This document shows, piece after piece, positions 44,125 to 54,979 of a DNA stretch of 64,000 bases. Position 1 is the first letter of the stretch, and the number at the start of each line of letters is the position of its first letter. This stretch comes from Candidatus Komeilibacteria bacterium (GTDB taxonomy: Bacteria > Patescibacteriota > Patescibacteriia > UBA1558 > GWA2-36-10), in NCBI GenBank assembly GCA_018656065.1, contig JABHZY010000024.1, forward strand, positions 224,970-288,969, in the 5' to 3' direction. The position numbers were made by a program, and so were the translations under genes. The notes beneath the pieces were generated by a model. It was not told where the DNA came from, did no database searches, and saw nothing but the letters and a program-made list of their open reading frames with translations.

Positions 44125-47100
44125 ATGTTTATTCATCTCCATACTCACTCCCACTATAGTTTACTAGATGGCCTAGGTACTCCTGACCAGTTGATCGCTG
44201 AAGCTAAAAATCAAGGTGCTACAGCTTTAGCTTTGACTGATCATGGTAATATGTATGGAGTTATAGAATTTTATCAGAAATGTAAAAAAGCTGGTATCAA
44301 ACCAATTATTGGTGTAGAGGCTTACGTCACCCCCTCTTCTATAACAGAAAAAAATCCAAAAGAAAAACCCTACCACCTTATTCTTTTAGCTGAAAATAAT
44401 GAAGGCTACAAAAATCTTCTAAAGCTAACTACCATAGCTCATTTAGAAGGTTTTTATTATAAACCTCGCATAGATTGGGCAACCCTTAAAAAACATAGCA
44501 ATGGTTTAATTGCTAGTACCGCTTGTCTGGGTGGGCCATTAGCTAGACATATTAAAGCTGGTCAAAATACCAAAGTTGAAGAAAATATAAAAATACTTTT
44601 AGATATTTTTGGACATGATCGTTTATTTTTGGAAATGCAAAATCTAAACAATGACGCTCAAAAAATTGTAAACGAAGAATATAAAAAATTATCCAAACAA
44701 CATAACATACCTTTAATTGTCACTAATGACATTCACTACGTCAAAGCCGACGATGATGAAGCTCAAGATGTTTTACTTTGTATTCAAACCAAACAAAAAC
44801 AAAACGATGAAAATCGAATGAATTATTTGGGTGAAGATTATTCTATGATCACCGAAGAAAAGGTTGTAGAATTATTTGGCCCAGAGATTCAAGAAGCTAT
44901 TGATAATACTAATAGCTTAGCTGAACGTTGCAACGTAGAAATAGAATTAGGTGTTATCCAATTACCAGACTATGAATTACGAGCTAACACCAATGTCGAC
45001 GATGAGTTGCGTAGACTTTGCGTTGAAGGTGTGACCAAAAGATATGGCTTTATTGCTAAAGATATTCCTCAACATATTCAAGAAAGATTAGATTATGAAC
45101 TTGGAATTATTACTAAAACTGGTTATGCGGCCTACTTTTTAATTGTACAAGACTTTGTTAATTGGGCGAAAAATCAAAAAATTATAGTTGGCCCAGGTCG
45201 TGGTTCAGCTGCTGGATCATTAGTTTCTTACCTGATTAATGTTACTAATATTGATCCATTAAAATATGACTTAATTTTTGAAAGATTCCTTAACCCTGAA
45301 CGTGTATCAATGCCTGATATTGATCTTGATTTTGCTGATACTAGACGCGATGAAGTTATTCGTTATGTTGAAGATAAATATGGTAAAGATCATGTAGCCC
45401 AGATTATTACTTTTGGTACTATGGCCGCTCGAGCTGCTATTAGGGATGTAGGGCGTGTATTGGGTTATAGCTACGGTCTCTGTGACCAACTAGCCAAAAT
45501 GATTCCCATGTTCACCTCTCTAAAAGAAGCTCTAGCTAATGTAGATGAACTAAAAAAGATATACGAAGAAGATCCAGAATCTCAACGCCTATTAGACATG
45601 GCACAAAAGCTAGAAGGTTTAGCCCGTCACTCCTCTACTCATGCCTGTGCAGTATTAATTACTAAAGACCCTTTAACCAACTACACTCCTCTTCAATATG
45701 CTTCAGGTGATGATAAAACTATCATCTCTCAATATTCTATGAATCCTGTAGAAGCTCTCGGCCTTCTTAAAATGGATTTCTTGGGATTAAAAAATCTGAC
45801 TATTCTAGAACAAACTATAAAAATAGTTGAAGCTACAAAAGAAATTAAAATAGATTTAGATAATTTGCCTTTAGATGACCAAAAAACTTTTGATTTATTA
45901 CAAGCTGGTGGAACAACTGGAGTTTTTCAATTGGAATCTGGCGGCATGAAACGATACTTAAAACAACTCAAACCAACGGAACTGGAAGACATAATTGCCA
46001 TGGTTTCTCTCTATCGTCCTGGTCCAATGGAATTTATTCCTGATTTTATTGCTGGTAAACAAGGTAAGAAAAAAGTCAGCTATCTTCATCCTAAACTAGA
46101 GCCAATTCTTAAAAATACCTACGGCATCGCTATCTACCAAGAGCAAATTATGCGTATTGCTCGTGATTTAGCTGGTTTTAGTTATGGACAAGCTGATGTA
46201 CTTAGAAAAGCGGTAGGTAAAAAAATCAAGAAACTACTTGATGAACAAGAAGAGAAGATAGTTTCAGGTATGGTAGACAATGGCATCGATAAAAAAACCG
46301 CTAATAAAATTTGGGAATTTATTGTACCTTTTGCTCGCTACGGCTTTAATAGATCTCACGCTGCCTGCTATGCTATGATCGCCTATCAAACAGCTTATCT
46401 GAAAAGCAATTTCCCTGAAGCTTTCATGGCCGCTCTCTTAACAGCCGACCAAGATAATATTGATAGAGTAACTATTGAAATAAAAGAGTGCCACAAAATG
46501 GGCATCGAAGTGTTACCACCTGATGTTAACGAAAGTTTTTCTAATTTTGCTGTAGTTGATAGTTCTGAAAAAAACAAAATGGGTAAAATACGTTTTGGTC
46601 TAAATGCTATCAAAAATGTTGGACATAATATTGCCAAAGTAATAATTAGAGAGAGAAAAGACAATGGCCAATATAAATCTGTAGAAGATTTATTGACTCG
46701 CATTAAAGATAAAGATTTAAATAAAAAATCCCTAGAAAGCCTTATCAAAGCCGGCGCCTTTGATTCTTTAATTAGTCGTGGTCAAGCCTTAGGTAATCTT
46801 ACTACGCTTTTAGAATTCAATAAAAAAATTCAAAACGAACATAAAAGTGGTCAAAATAATCTATTTGCAGATTTACCAATGGCCGCTTCTACTTTATCTC
46901 TCAAGTTAGACGAATTTGTAGACACAGCTATTGAAACTAGATTATCTTGGGAAAAAGAATTAATGGGTCTATATATTTCAGATCATCCTTTTAAATCCTA
47001 TATTCAAATATTAAAAAAACATGTTACTCCTCTGGCTAGAATAAAAAATAAAGAAGGTGAAAATGTAAAAGTCTCTGGCATAGTAACTAATGTTCATAAA

Positions 47101-47571
47101 ATTATTACTCACAAAGGTCAGGCTATGTTATTTGTAGTTATAGAAGATTCAACCGCTAGCACAGAAATAATTGTATTTCCAAAAACATTAGACCTTACAT
47201 TTCAATTATGGCAAGATGAAAATAAAGTAATTGTAGAAGGTAAGGTATCTGACAAAGATGGTCAGCCAAAAATATTAGTAGAAAGAGCTGAGCTAATCAC
47301 AGAAGAATATCTAAATAATCTAAATGCTAAAAATTTAGCAGATGAAAAATTATGGCTAAGCCTACCTCAGGGTTTTGATAAAGAAAAGATGACTACCTTA
47401 AAGTCTATTCTTGATACTAGTCCTGGATTAAGCCATGTATATTTACAAATTAATAATGGTAAAGTAAGAAAAATTAAAATTGATGTTAAAGTATTACCTG
47501 ATAAAAGATTAAAAGACAAAATTACAGAGTTTCTAGGTCCAAACTCCTGGCAATTAAAAAAAGATGAGTAA
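44125..47571 (+). CDS. dnaE: DNA polymerase III alpha subunit
   Basis: 1148 aa with a PHP N-terminus FIHLHTHSHYSLLDG, PDIDLDF, and GTMAARAAIRDVGRVLG. Confidence 0.95.
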   Translation: MFIHLHTHSHYSLLDGLGTPDQLIAEAKNQGATALALTDHGNMYGVIEFYQKCKKAGIKPIIGVEAYVTPSSITEKNPKEKPYHLILLAENNEGYKNLLKLTTIAHLEGFYYKPRIDWATLKKHSNGLIASTACLGGPLARHIKAGQNTKVEENIKILLDIFGHDRLFLEMQNLNNDAQKIVNEEYKKLSKQHNIPLIVTNDIHYVKADDDEAQDVLLCIQTKQKQNDENRMNYLGEDYSMITEEKVVELFGPEIQEAIDNTNSLAERCNVEIELGVIQLPDYELRANTNVDDELRRLCVEGVTKRYGFIAKDIPQHIQERLDYELGIITKTGYAAYFLIVQDFVNWAKNQKIIVGPGRGSAAGSLVSYLINVTNIDPLKYDLIFERFLNPERVSMPDIDLDFADTRRDEVIRYVEDKYGKDHVAQIITFGTMAARAAIRDVGRVLGYSYGLCDQLAKMIPMFTSLKEALANVDELKKIYEEDPESQRLLDMAQKLEGLARHSSTHACAVLITKDPLTNYTPLQYASGDDKTIISQYSMNPVEALGLLKMDFLGLKNLTILEQTIKIVEATKEIKIDLDNLPLDDQKTFDLLQAGGTTGVFQLESGGMKRYLKQLKPTELEDIIAMVSLYRPGPMEFIPDFIAGKQGKKKVSYLHPKLEPILKNTYGIAIYQEQIMRIARDLAGFSYGQADVLRKAVGKKIKKLLDEQEEKIVSGMVDNGIDKKTANKIWEFIVPFARYGFNRSHAACYAMIAYQTAYLKSNFPEAFMAALLTADQDNIDRVTIEIKECHKMGIEVLPPDVNESFSNFAVVDSSEKNKMGKIRFGLNAIKNVGHNIAKVIIRERKDNGQYKSVEDLLTRIKDKDLNKKSLESLIKAGAFDSLISRGQALGNLTTLLEFNKKIQNEHKSGQNNLFADLPMAASTLSLKLDEFVDTAIETRLSWEKELMGLYISDHPFKSYIQILKKHVTPLARIKNKEGENVKVSGIVTNVHKIITHKGQAMLFVVIEDSTASTEIIVFPKTLDLTFQLWQDENKVIVEGKVSDKDGQPKILVERAELITEEYLNNLNAKNLADEKLWLSLPQGFDKEKMTTLKSILDTSPGLSHVYLQINNGKVRKIKIDVKVLPDKRLKDKITEFLGPNSWQLKKDE

Positions 47572-47655
47572 TAATGGTAAAAACCTAGTACTTCTGCTAT
47601 AATATAATCGATAAAATAAAGAATAATTATTTTAAATATTGAGTGAAATCGAAAT

Positions 47656-48783
47656 ATGAATCAAACTATAAAACGAAAATCAAGTAATGTTTACTCTAGA
47701 TTAGTTGGATTTTTCCTTTTCCTAACTATTATTACTATTTTTGTGGTTACGCACTTTGCTTTAGCTAAGGTGCATATCAAAATATACAGCGATGTAGAAG
47801 ATAAAGAGGCTTCTGTTCTGATAGAAATGCAATCTGCAAACGCTCCTGATCTAGCACCTGATGCTCTCATAGGAAAAATAATTAGTACTGAATTAGAAAT
47901 AACAGCCACTGTAGCTAGCAGTAAAGAAACAGTCAACAGCAGCAAAGCTGGTGGTTATGTAACTATTTATAATAATTATTCTCAAAAACAAGCATTAATT
48001 AAAACCACTCGCCTACTGACACCTGACAATAAACTATTTAGAATTAGCGAAGGCGTAACTATACCAGCTGGTTCAGAAGTTAGAGTTTGGGCTGAAGCCG
48101 ATGGTGAAGGAGAAGAATTTATTACTGAGGCTACAACATTTATAATTCCTGGCCTATGGGAAGGATTGCACGATAAAATTTATGCTGACACTACAGAAGG
48201 CATGACATTACAAAGCATCCCTGGTTTCACTGTTACTCAAGAAAATTTAAATGCTGCCAGAGAGCAAATCGAACGAGAAGCTACCACTCAAAGTCTAGCT
48301 ATAATCAATGAACTAGTGGCTGAAAAATTAGCTATTGATCAAACTAGATTAAGATTAAAATTTGAAGATATTAGTAGTAATCAAGCTGGAGATATTAGCG
48401 AAGAAACAAGTATTACTCAAAAAATAACTGCCCACGGATTAGTATTTGATCAAGAAGATTTTATTAAAAAGGCAAAAGAAAAATTAAGTAAAGAATTAGA
48501 TAACGGACAAGCTTTAATAAATTTTGATGAAGATAAAATAACTTATAGCGTTTTAGAAATTAATCTAGAAAAAGATGAAGCTATTCTAGAGATCAAAACC
48601 TCTGTTACTGTCAGCTCTAGCGAAAATACTTGGGACATAGATAAAGAAAATTTAATTGGCCTAGACGAACAAGGTCTAAGAGAATATTTCAAACAATTTA
48701 ATCCTGAAGAAGTGGATATAAAATTCTCGCCATTCTGGGTCAAATCAACTCCTCTGCTCAAGGATCATATAATAATAGAATAA
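47656..48783 (+). CDS. hypothetical membrane-anchored protein
   Basis: 375-aa ORF with an N-terminal TM and no recognised motif. Confidence 0.55.
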   Translation: MNQTIKRKSSNVYSRLVGFFLFLTIITIFVVTHFALAKVHIKIYSDVEDKEASVLIEMQSANAPDLAPDALIGKIISTELEITATVASSKETVNSSKAGGYVTIYNNYSQKQALIKTTRLLTPDNKLFRISEGVTIPAGSEVRVWAEADGEGEEFITEATTFIIPGLWEGLHDKIYADTTEGMTLQSIPGFTVTQENLNAAREQIEREATTQSLAIINELVAEKLAIDQTRLRLKFEDISSNQAGDISEETSITQKITAHGLVFDQEDFIKKAKEKLSKELDNGQALINFDEDKITYSVLEINLEKDEAILEIKTSVTVSSSENTWDIDKENLIGLDEQGLREYFKQFNPEEVDIKFSPFWVKSTPLLKDHIIIE

Positions 48784-48790
48784 ATTTAAA

Positions 48791-48818
48791 TACTCGGCTT
48801 CGGCTGAGTATTTTTTTT
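48791..48818 (+). terminator. rho-independent terminator
   Basis: tactcggc-ttcg-gctgagta followed by tttttttt. Confidence 0.8.
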
Positions 48819-48844
48819 GACATTTTTCATAAAAAGACTATAAT
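48817..48844 (+). promoter_or_regulatory. thrS promoter
   Basis: TTGACA (48817-22), 16-nt spacer, TATAAT (48839-44). Confidence 0.6.
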
Positions 48845-48849
48845 TAATA

Positions 48850-49024
48850 ATGCTCTAAGATGATTGGAACAACTACCAATTGTTCTCCTGAAAAGGACCA
48901 TTTTGGCTAAATCTAGAGTCAATTGAATATTAAAGAGAGGCTTGGACTTTTGTAATGCTCAGGCAACTTGGGTGGAACCGCCCCATTAGGGGGTCCCGAG
49001 GCTTAATAAGTCTGGGGTTTTTTT
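48850..49024 (+). promoter_or_regulatory. T-box leader (Thr specifier ACC) with terminator
   Basis: The T-box core is cttGGGTGGaACCGCc (48968-48982). A hairpin gaacaa-CTACCAA-ttgttc presents ACC (48875-77). The terminator stem is 48995-49017, with a T-run at 49018-24. It lies upstream of thrS. Confidence 0.6.
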
Positions 49025-49046
49025 ATCCCAAATTAGTAACACAAAT

Positions 49047-50837
49047 ATGAAAAAACAAGAACGAAGCGCCCTGAGCGAAGTCGAAGGGGAAAAAATGCAT
49101 AAAGAACGTCATTCACTAGCTCACATACTCGCTATGGCTGTACTAAAAAAATTCCCCGAAGCCAAGTTAGGTATTGGACCAGTAATTGATAATGGTTTTT
49201 ATTATGATTTTTTGCTGCCAGAAGCTTTGTCAGATAAAGATCTACCAAAGATTAGAAAAGACATGCAAAAAATAATTCAACAAAAAGTTGAATTTAAAAA
49301 GAATATTGTCTCACGTGAAGAAGCTTTGAAAAAAGCTAAAGCTAATAATGACCCATTTAAAGAAGAGTTAATTAATGACCTGCCAGCCAATGAAGAAATT
49401 AGCTTCTATTCTTCTGGGGATTTTGCTGATCTTTGTCGTGGTCCTCATGTCAACGATAGTTCTGAAATAAATCCTAAGGCTTTTGCCCTGACTTCAACTG
49501 CTGGAGCGTATTGGCGTGGTGATGAAAAAAATCAAATGCTAACTCGTGTCTATGGTGTAGCTTTTGAAACCAAAGAAGAGTTAGATGAATACTTAGAGCT
49601 ATTGGCAGAAGCCAAAAAACGCGATCATAGAAAACTTGGCAAAGAAATGGACTTGTTTGTTTTTTCTGAATTAATTGGACCAGGACTTCCTGTTTACACA
49701 CCTAAAGGCGCTAGTATCAGAAAAGGAATTGTTGATTTTTCTAATGCCCTACAAAAGACAATTGGTTATGATGAAGTACATTCTCCTCAAATAAATAAAG
49801 CTGAACTTTTCAAAATCTCTGGACACTATGACAAATTTAAAGATGATATGATTAGTGCTAAATCACATTATAGTAAAGAAGAGTTTTTCCTCAAGCCAAT
49901 GAACTGTCCTCAACATACTCAAATTTATGCTTCTCGGAAAAGATCTTATCGTGATTTACCACTCCGCTATGCTGATTCTGCAAATTTGTTTAGAGATGAA
50001 AAACCTGGAGAAATGTCAGGCCTAACTAGACTTAGATGTTTTTCTCAAGATGATGGTCATAGTTTTTGTCGTGAAGATCAGATTGAAATTGAATTTAAAA
50101 ATGTCTTAGATATAATAAACCAAGCTCTAGAAGTATACGGATTGGATTATTTTGTAAGGCTATCTCTATGGGATCCCAAGCAAAAAGAAAAATATCTTGG
50201 TGACGCAAGTGTTTGGGAAAAATCTCAAGCCTTACTTGAAAAGCTTCTGAAAGATAATAAAATAAAATATGAAACTGAAATTGGTGAAGCAGCTTTCTAT
50301 GGACCAAAAATGGATATAGTAGCTAAAGATGCTTTAAAAAGAGAATGGCAAATATCTACTATTCAACTTGATTTCAATATGCCGGTCCGCTTCAAATTAA
50401 CCTATACTGACAAAGATGGTAGTGAAAAAAATCCAGTCATGATTCATCGTGCTATCACAGGTTCTCCAGAAAGGTTCATGGGAATTCTCATAGAACACTA
50501 CGGCGGAGCCTTTCCTCTATGGCTAGCTCCAACACAAATAAAAATAATTTCTGTAGGTGAAGGCCATATTGAGCATTGTCAAAAAATGGCCAAAGAATTT
50601 AATGAAGAGGGTGTTCGTATTGAATTAGACATATCTGACGAAACAGTTGGAAATAAAATCCGAAAAAGTTCTCAAGAAAAAATACCATATACTTTAGTAA
50701 TTGGCGACAAAGAAATGAATTCAAAAGATTTATCGGTCAGAGTGCGCGGTAAACAAGATTTATTAAATATTTCTAAAGAAGAATTTATCACAAAAATAAA
50801 AACAGACATCAAAAATCGTAGTTTAGAATTGTTATAA
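49047..50837 (+). CDS. thrS: threonine--tRNA ligase lacking the N-terminal TGS domain
   Basis: It has HSLAHILA (editing domain), GPVIDNGFYYDF and class II motifs. The more likely start is ATG 49095, with GGGG 5 nt upstream. Codons 2-16 of the longer ORF are the repeat motif. Confidence 0.92.
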   Translation: MKKQERSALSEVEGEKMHKERHSLAHILAMAVLKKFPEAKLGIGPVIDNGFYYDFLLPEALSDKDLPKIRKDMQKIIQQKVEFKKNIVSREEALKKAKANNDPFKEELINDLPANEEISFYSSGDFADLCRGPHVNDSSEINPKAFALTSTAGAYWRGDEKNQMLTRVYGVAFETKEELDEYLELLAEAKKRDHRKLGKEMDLFVFSELIGPGLPVYTPKGASIRKGIVDFSNALQKTIGYDEVHSPQINKAELFKISGHYDKFKDDMISAKSHYSKEEFFLKPMNCPQHTQIYASRKRSYRDLPLRYADSANLFRDEKPGEMSGLTRLRCFSQDDGHSFCREDQIEIEFKNVLDIINQALEVYGLDYFVRLSLWDPKQKEKYLGDASVWEKSQALLEKLLKDNKIKYETEIGEAAFYGPKMDIVAKDALKREWQISTIQLDFNMPVRFKLTYTDKDGSEKNPVMIHRAITGSPERFMGILIEHYGGAFPLWLAPTQIKIISVGEGHIEHCQKMAKEFNEEGVRIELDISDETVGNKIRKSSQEKIPYTLVIGDKEMNSKDLSVRVRGKQDLLNISKEEFITKIKTDIKNRSLELL

Positions 50838-50852
50838 TTAATCTATAAGTAC

Positions 50853-52271
50853 ATGGAAATTAAAACAGCGCTTACTTACGATGATGTTTTGTTGGTGCCT
50901 CAAAAATCCGACATTGTGTCTCGTCAAGATGTAAACACATCTACCCAACTTACCAAGAAGATATCTCTAAAAATACCAATCATATCTGCCAACATGGACA
51001 CAGTTACTGAAGCCGATATGGCTACTGCTATGTCGCTAGCAGGAGGTATAGGTATTATTCATCGTTTTTGTGATATAGCCACTCAAGCCAAAGAAGTAGC
51101 TAAAGTCAAAAGAAAACAAAATATTGTAATTGATAACCCTTTTTATGTCTCCCCTACTAGTACTTTAACTGACGTAAAAGAAAAAATAAAAGAGTATAAT
51201 TGCAAAAGTTTTTTAGTGACTGATAATAGTCAAAAACTCTTAGGCATACTAACTCCACGTGATGTTACATTTATTAAAAATGAAAATGCCCTAGTAAAAG
51301 ACTTGATGACTCCTCAAGATAAATTAATTACAGCTCATCATGACATTAGTCCAGAAAATGCTAAAAAATTAATGCGAGAAAATCGTATTGAAAAATTACC
51401 TCTAGTAGACCACGAATTTAAAATAAAGGGCCTAATCACTGCTAAAGACATTATTAAAAACTATAATAATATCGGGGCTAGTAAAGACAATAAAGGTCGT
51501 CTAATAGTAGGTGCAGCTATTGGTGTACGCTCAGATTATATGGAAAGGGCTGAAGCACTTATTAAAGCTGATGTAGATGTTTTAGTACTTGATATTGCTC
51601 ATGGGCATAGCAGTAACGCTGTAAATGCAATTAAAGCTATCAAAAATAAATGGCCTGATGTGGAAATAATTGGTGGCAATATTGCCACTGGTCAAGCAGC
51701 TACTGATTTAATTAAAGCTGGCGTAGATGCCGTTAAAGTTGGTGTGGGACCAGGTTCAATTTGTACAACCAGAATTACAACTGGCTTTGGTGTGCCACAA
51801 CTAACTGCAATTATGAATGTCTATCAAGCTGCTAAAAAATATCATGTGCCTGTGATAGCCGATGGCGGTGTTAAACAACCAGGCGACATGGTCAAAGCTC
51901 TAGGAGCTGGCGCAGATAGTATTATGATGGGCGGTCAATTATCTGGCACTAAAGAAAGCCCAGGCTTACCTATCACTTATCACGGTCGACAATATAAAAT
52001 ATCTCGAGGTATGGCTAGTTTAACTGCTGCTCTAGCTCGTCCAGATGCCAAAGAAAAACTTAAAGAAATTACTCCCGAAGGTGTAGAAGCTCGTGTCCCC
52101 TATCGTGGACCAGTAGAAAATATACTGGGCCAATATATAGGTGGCCTGCGTTCTGGTATGAGTTATGGTAATGCTCGCACTGTAGAAGAATTAAAAAATA
52201 ATACAAAATTTATTCGCATTACTAATGCTGGATCAAGAGAATCTCATTCTCATGACAACGAAGTTTTGTAA
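50853..52271 (+). CDS. guaB: IMP dehydrogenase
   Basis: 472 aa with a CBS pair and [11 protein letters not shown]. Confidence 0.92.
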   Translation: MEIKTALTYDDVLLVPQKSDIVSRQDVNTSTQLTKKISLKIPIISANMDTVTEADMATAMSLAGGIGIIHRFCDIATQAKEVAKVKRKQNIVIDNPFYVSPTSTLTDVKEKIKEYNCKSFLVTDNSQKLLGILTPRDVTFIKNENALVKDLMTPQDKLITAHHDISPENAKKLMRENRIEKLPLVDHEFKIKGLITAKDIIKNYNNIGASKDNKGRLIVGAAIGVRSDYMERAEALIKADVDVLVLDIAHGHSSNAVNAIKAIKNKWPDVEIIGGNIATGQAATDLIKAGVDAVKVGVGPGSICTTRITTGFGVPQLTAIMNVYQAAKKYHVPVIADGGVKQPGDMVKALGAGADSIMMGGQLSGTKESPGLPITYHGRQYKISRGMASLTAALARPDAKEKLKEITPEGVEARVPYRGPVENILGQYIGGLRSGMSYGNARTVEELKNNTKFIRITNAGSRESHSHDNEVL

Positions 52272-52322
52272 AATTCTATAAAATGCTATAATAATCCTAG
52301 TTAATGATTAATTAAAATAATT

Positions 52323-53615
52323 ATGAAATTATTAAAATTATTTAGTTTAGCCTTGCTGATAAGCTGGTTAGCTGGTTTTGTGTTTATACCTGTCCAGGCT
52401 CAAGAAACAGACACCGAAGAATTAGCCAATGTTTTGGTAGAATTTGAAACAGATGAAGTAGATGCTCAAAGTTTAGGCATAAAAGAACCCGATACTTTAC
52501 CTGGAGAATTTAAATACAATTGGCAACTATTCAAAGAAAATACTGGTCTTTTCTTTACTTTTAACAAAGAAAAGAAAATTCAAAAGCTAGAAGAAATATC
52601 TAATCGCCGTTTATTAGAAGCTAAGAAATTAGCTGAAACTGGCACAACTAATGCCGCGAATCGTGTTGAAAAAGCTCTCGAGAGATATGAAGCTGCTAAA
52701 GAAAAAATTAACACTCGTCTAGAAGCTAACCCAGAACTAAAGAAAAAGCTTTTAGAAAAACTTGATGCCAATCAATTAAAACACCAACAAGTTTTATCTA
52801 CAGTTACTGAAAAATTAAGAGATAAGCTTCCAGAAAACAAAATTAAAAAATTAGAAAAGCTCAAAAAAACTAACGCACTTCGTTGGTATAATACCAATAA
52901 AGAAGATGTACAAGCTAGATTAGAAAAAGCTATAGATAATAATAATGTTGGTAGTAAATTCAAACAATTAAAAAACATTGCTACCTTAGAAGAACTAGGC
53001 GAATCCTTACCTGAAGAGGCAAAAGAAAAAATAGAAGCTGCCAGAGCCAGAGCTGAAGATAAACTGTCTGATAAATTACAAAATCTAAATACTAAAGACA
53101 AAGAAAAATTTGAAAAATATATTAATAACATTAAAGCTCCAGAACTTACCAAGCAAAAATTTATTAGCAATCTTAAAGATAGTGAAAAATTACCAGAAGC
53201 TGTAAAAGTTAAGGCTAAAAATATATTTGATAATTATTCAAATAGACTACATAATAAATTTGAAAGTTTAGATGCAGCCGGAAAAAAGAAATTCTTAAGT
53301 CAATTTGAAGATAAATTACGAAGCCATCCAGCTAATATCCAATTCCTAGAAAGCTTAGATAGCTCAGAATATAAAGAAAGAATAAAAAATCTTTTAGAAA
53401 TTCAAATCGAAGGTGTTAAAGAAAAAGTCCAAAGAACCACTGATCCAGTTAAATTAAGATCATTAGAACAAAATTTAAAAAATTATCCAGTCCTAAGACG
53501 CCAAATTCAAGAAAGGCAAATAGAAGTAAGAAAGGTACCTAGTGTCAGGCCAAAACCTAGTTTACAAGCGACTCCTCCGCCTGACCCATCTACAGATACT
53601 AGTAACCACCAATAA
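52323..53615 (+). CDS. exported coiled-coil protein (DUF5667-like)
   Basis: 430 aa with a signal peptide and a K/E-rich helical repeat. Confidence 0.6.
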   Translation: MKLLKLFSLALLISWLAGFVFIPVQAQETDTEELANVLVEFETDEVDAQSLGIKEPDTLPGEFKYNWQLFKENTGLFFTFNKEKKIQKLEEISNRRLLEAKKLAETGTTNAANRVEKALERYEAAKEKINTRLEANPELKKKLLEKLDANQLKHQQVLSTVTEKLRDKLPENKIKKLEKLKKTNALRWYNTNKEDVQARLEKAIDNNNVGSKFKQLKNIATLEELGESLPEEAKEKIEAARARAEDKLSDKLQNLNTKDKEKFEKYINNIKAPELTKQKFISNLKDSEKLPEAVKVKAKNIFDNYSNRLHNKFESLDAAGKKKFLSQFEDKLRSHPANIQFLESLDSSEYKERIKNLLEIQIEGVKEKVQRTTDPVKLRSLEQNLKNYPVLRRQIQERQIEVRKVPSVRPKPSLQATPPPDPSTDTSNHQ

Positions 53616-53620
53616 TTAAA

Positions 53621-53646
53621 ACAACCCCATTAATGGGGTTGTTTTT
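53621..53646 (+). terminator. rho-independent terminator
   Basis: acaacccc-attaat-ggggttgt followed by ttttt. Confidence 0.8.
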
Positions 53647-53680
53647 GACTTGCTAAGAAAAAAAAGCTACAATAGCTCTT

Positions 53681-54979
53681 ATGGTAAAAGATAAAAAATT
53701 TCACCTTATTATATTTGGCTGTCAGATGAATTATTCTGACGCTGAAAGACTATCTACTGTCTTGAAAAAATTAGGCTATAAAGAAACTAAAGATGAAGCT
53801 AAGGCTGATTTGATAGCTATAGTAGCTTGCTCTGTTAAACAAGCGGCTGTAGATAGAATTCATAGCAAAATACACAAATGGCAACTCACTAAAGAAACCA
53901 GGCCACTTATCACAATATTGTCTGGTTGTGTCTTAAAAAATGATCAAAAAAAATTAGCTCATCAATTTGATCTATTTATTGATATAAAAAATTTAGAAAA
54001 TCTAGCTGATGACATAGCTAGTATTCATCCGGAAGAAAAATTGGCTTTACCTGATTTTTTTGATATATCACCTAGCTACGGATCAAACTATCGAGCCTAT
54101 GTGCCTATCATGACTGGTTGTAATAAATTTTGTTCATATTGTGCTGTTCCCTACACTAGAGGCAGAGAGACCTCTCGTCCTTCTGAACATATCATTAAAG
54201 AAGTAAAAGAGTTATTAGACAAAGGTTACAAAGAAATAGTCTTACTTGGTCAAAATGTAAATAGTTACGGATTGGACAAAAAAGGTAGTGAAATAAGCTT
54301 TCCTGAATTACTAACAAAAATAGATTCTTTATCTGATCATTTTTGGTTAAAATTCTTGACTAGTCATCCCTATGATATGAGTGATGAATTAATAGATACC
54401 ATGGCTAAATGTAAAAATCTTAATGATTATTTGCACTTACCTGTTCAATGTGGCTCTGATGAAGTACTAAAAAAAATGAATAGACATTATACAGTAGCTG
54501 AGTATAAAAAATTGATTAAAAAAATAAAAAAACAAATTCCAGAGATGACTTTATCTACTGACATTATTGTAGGTTTTTGTGGAGAAACAGATAAAGATTT
54601 TGAAGCTACTCAAAAATTAGTCAAAGATGTAGATTATAATCTAATGTATATTTCTCAATATTCTACTAGAATAGGCACAGTTGCTGCTAAGATGCATAAA
54701 GATGATGTACCAAAAACGATCAAGAAAAAACGCTGGAAAGAAATGAATGACCAACTTCGTATTCAATCTACAGATTTTAATAAAAAACTAGTTGGTCAAA
54801 AACGCAAAGTTTTAATAGACTCAATTAAAAAAGAAGGAAACAAAATTATAAACACCGGAAAACTATCAAATTATTTACCAGTTCATATAGAATCTAGTAA
54901 AACTCTAAACGTTGGAGAATTTTATCAAATAGAAATAACAGAAGCTTTGCATTGGGGCGTTAAAGCAAAATTGATATGA
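53681..54979 (+). CDS. miaB: tRNA-i6A37 methylthiotransferase
   Basis: 432 aa with FGCQMN, radical-SAM CNKFCSYC, and a C-terminal TRAM-like region. Confidence 0.9.
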   Translation: MVKDKKFHLIIFGCQMNYSDAERLSTVLKKLGYKETKDEAKADLIAIVACSVKQAAVDRIHSKIHKWQLTKETRPLITILSGCVLKNDQKKLAHQFDLFIDIKNLENLADDIASIHPEEKLALPDFFDISPSYGSNYRAYVPIMTGCNKFCSYCAVPYTRGRETSRPSEHIIKEVKELLDKGYKEIVLLGQNVNSYGLDKKGSEISFPELLTKIDSLSDHFWLKFLTSHPYDMSDELIDTMAKCKNLNDYLHLPVQCGSDEVLKKMNRHYTVAEYKKLIKKIKKQIPEMTLSTDIIVGFCGETDKDFEATQKLVKDVDYNLMYISQYSTRIGTVAAKMHKDDVPKTIKKKRWKEMNDQLRIQSTDFNKKLVGQKRKVLIDSIKKEGNKIINTGKLSNYLPVHIESSKTLNVGEFYQIEITEALHWGVKAKLI

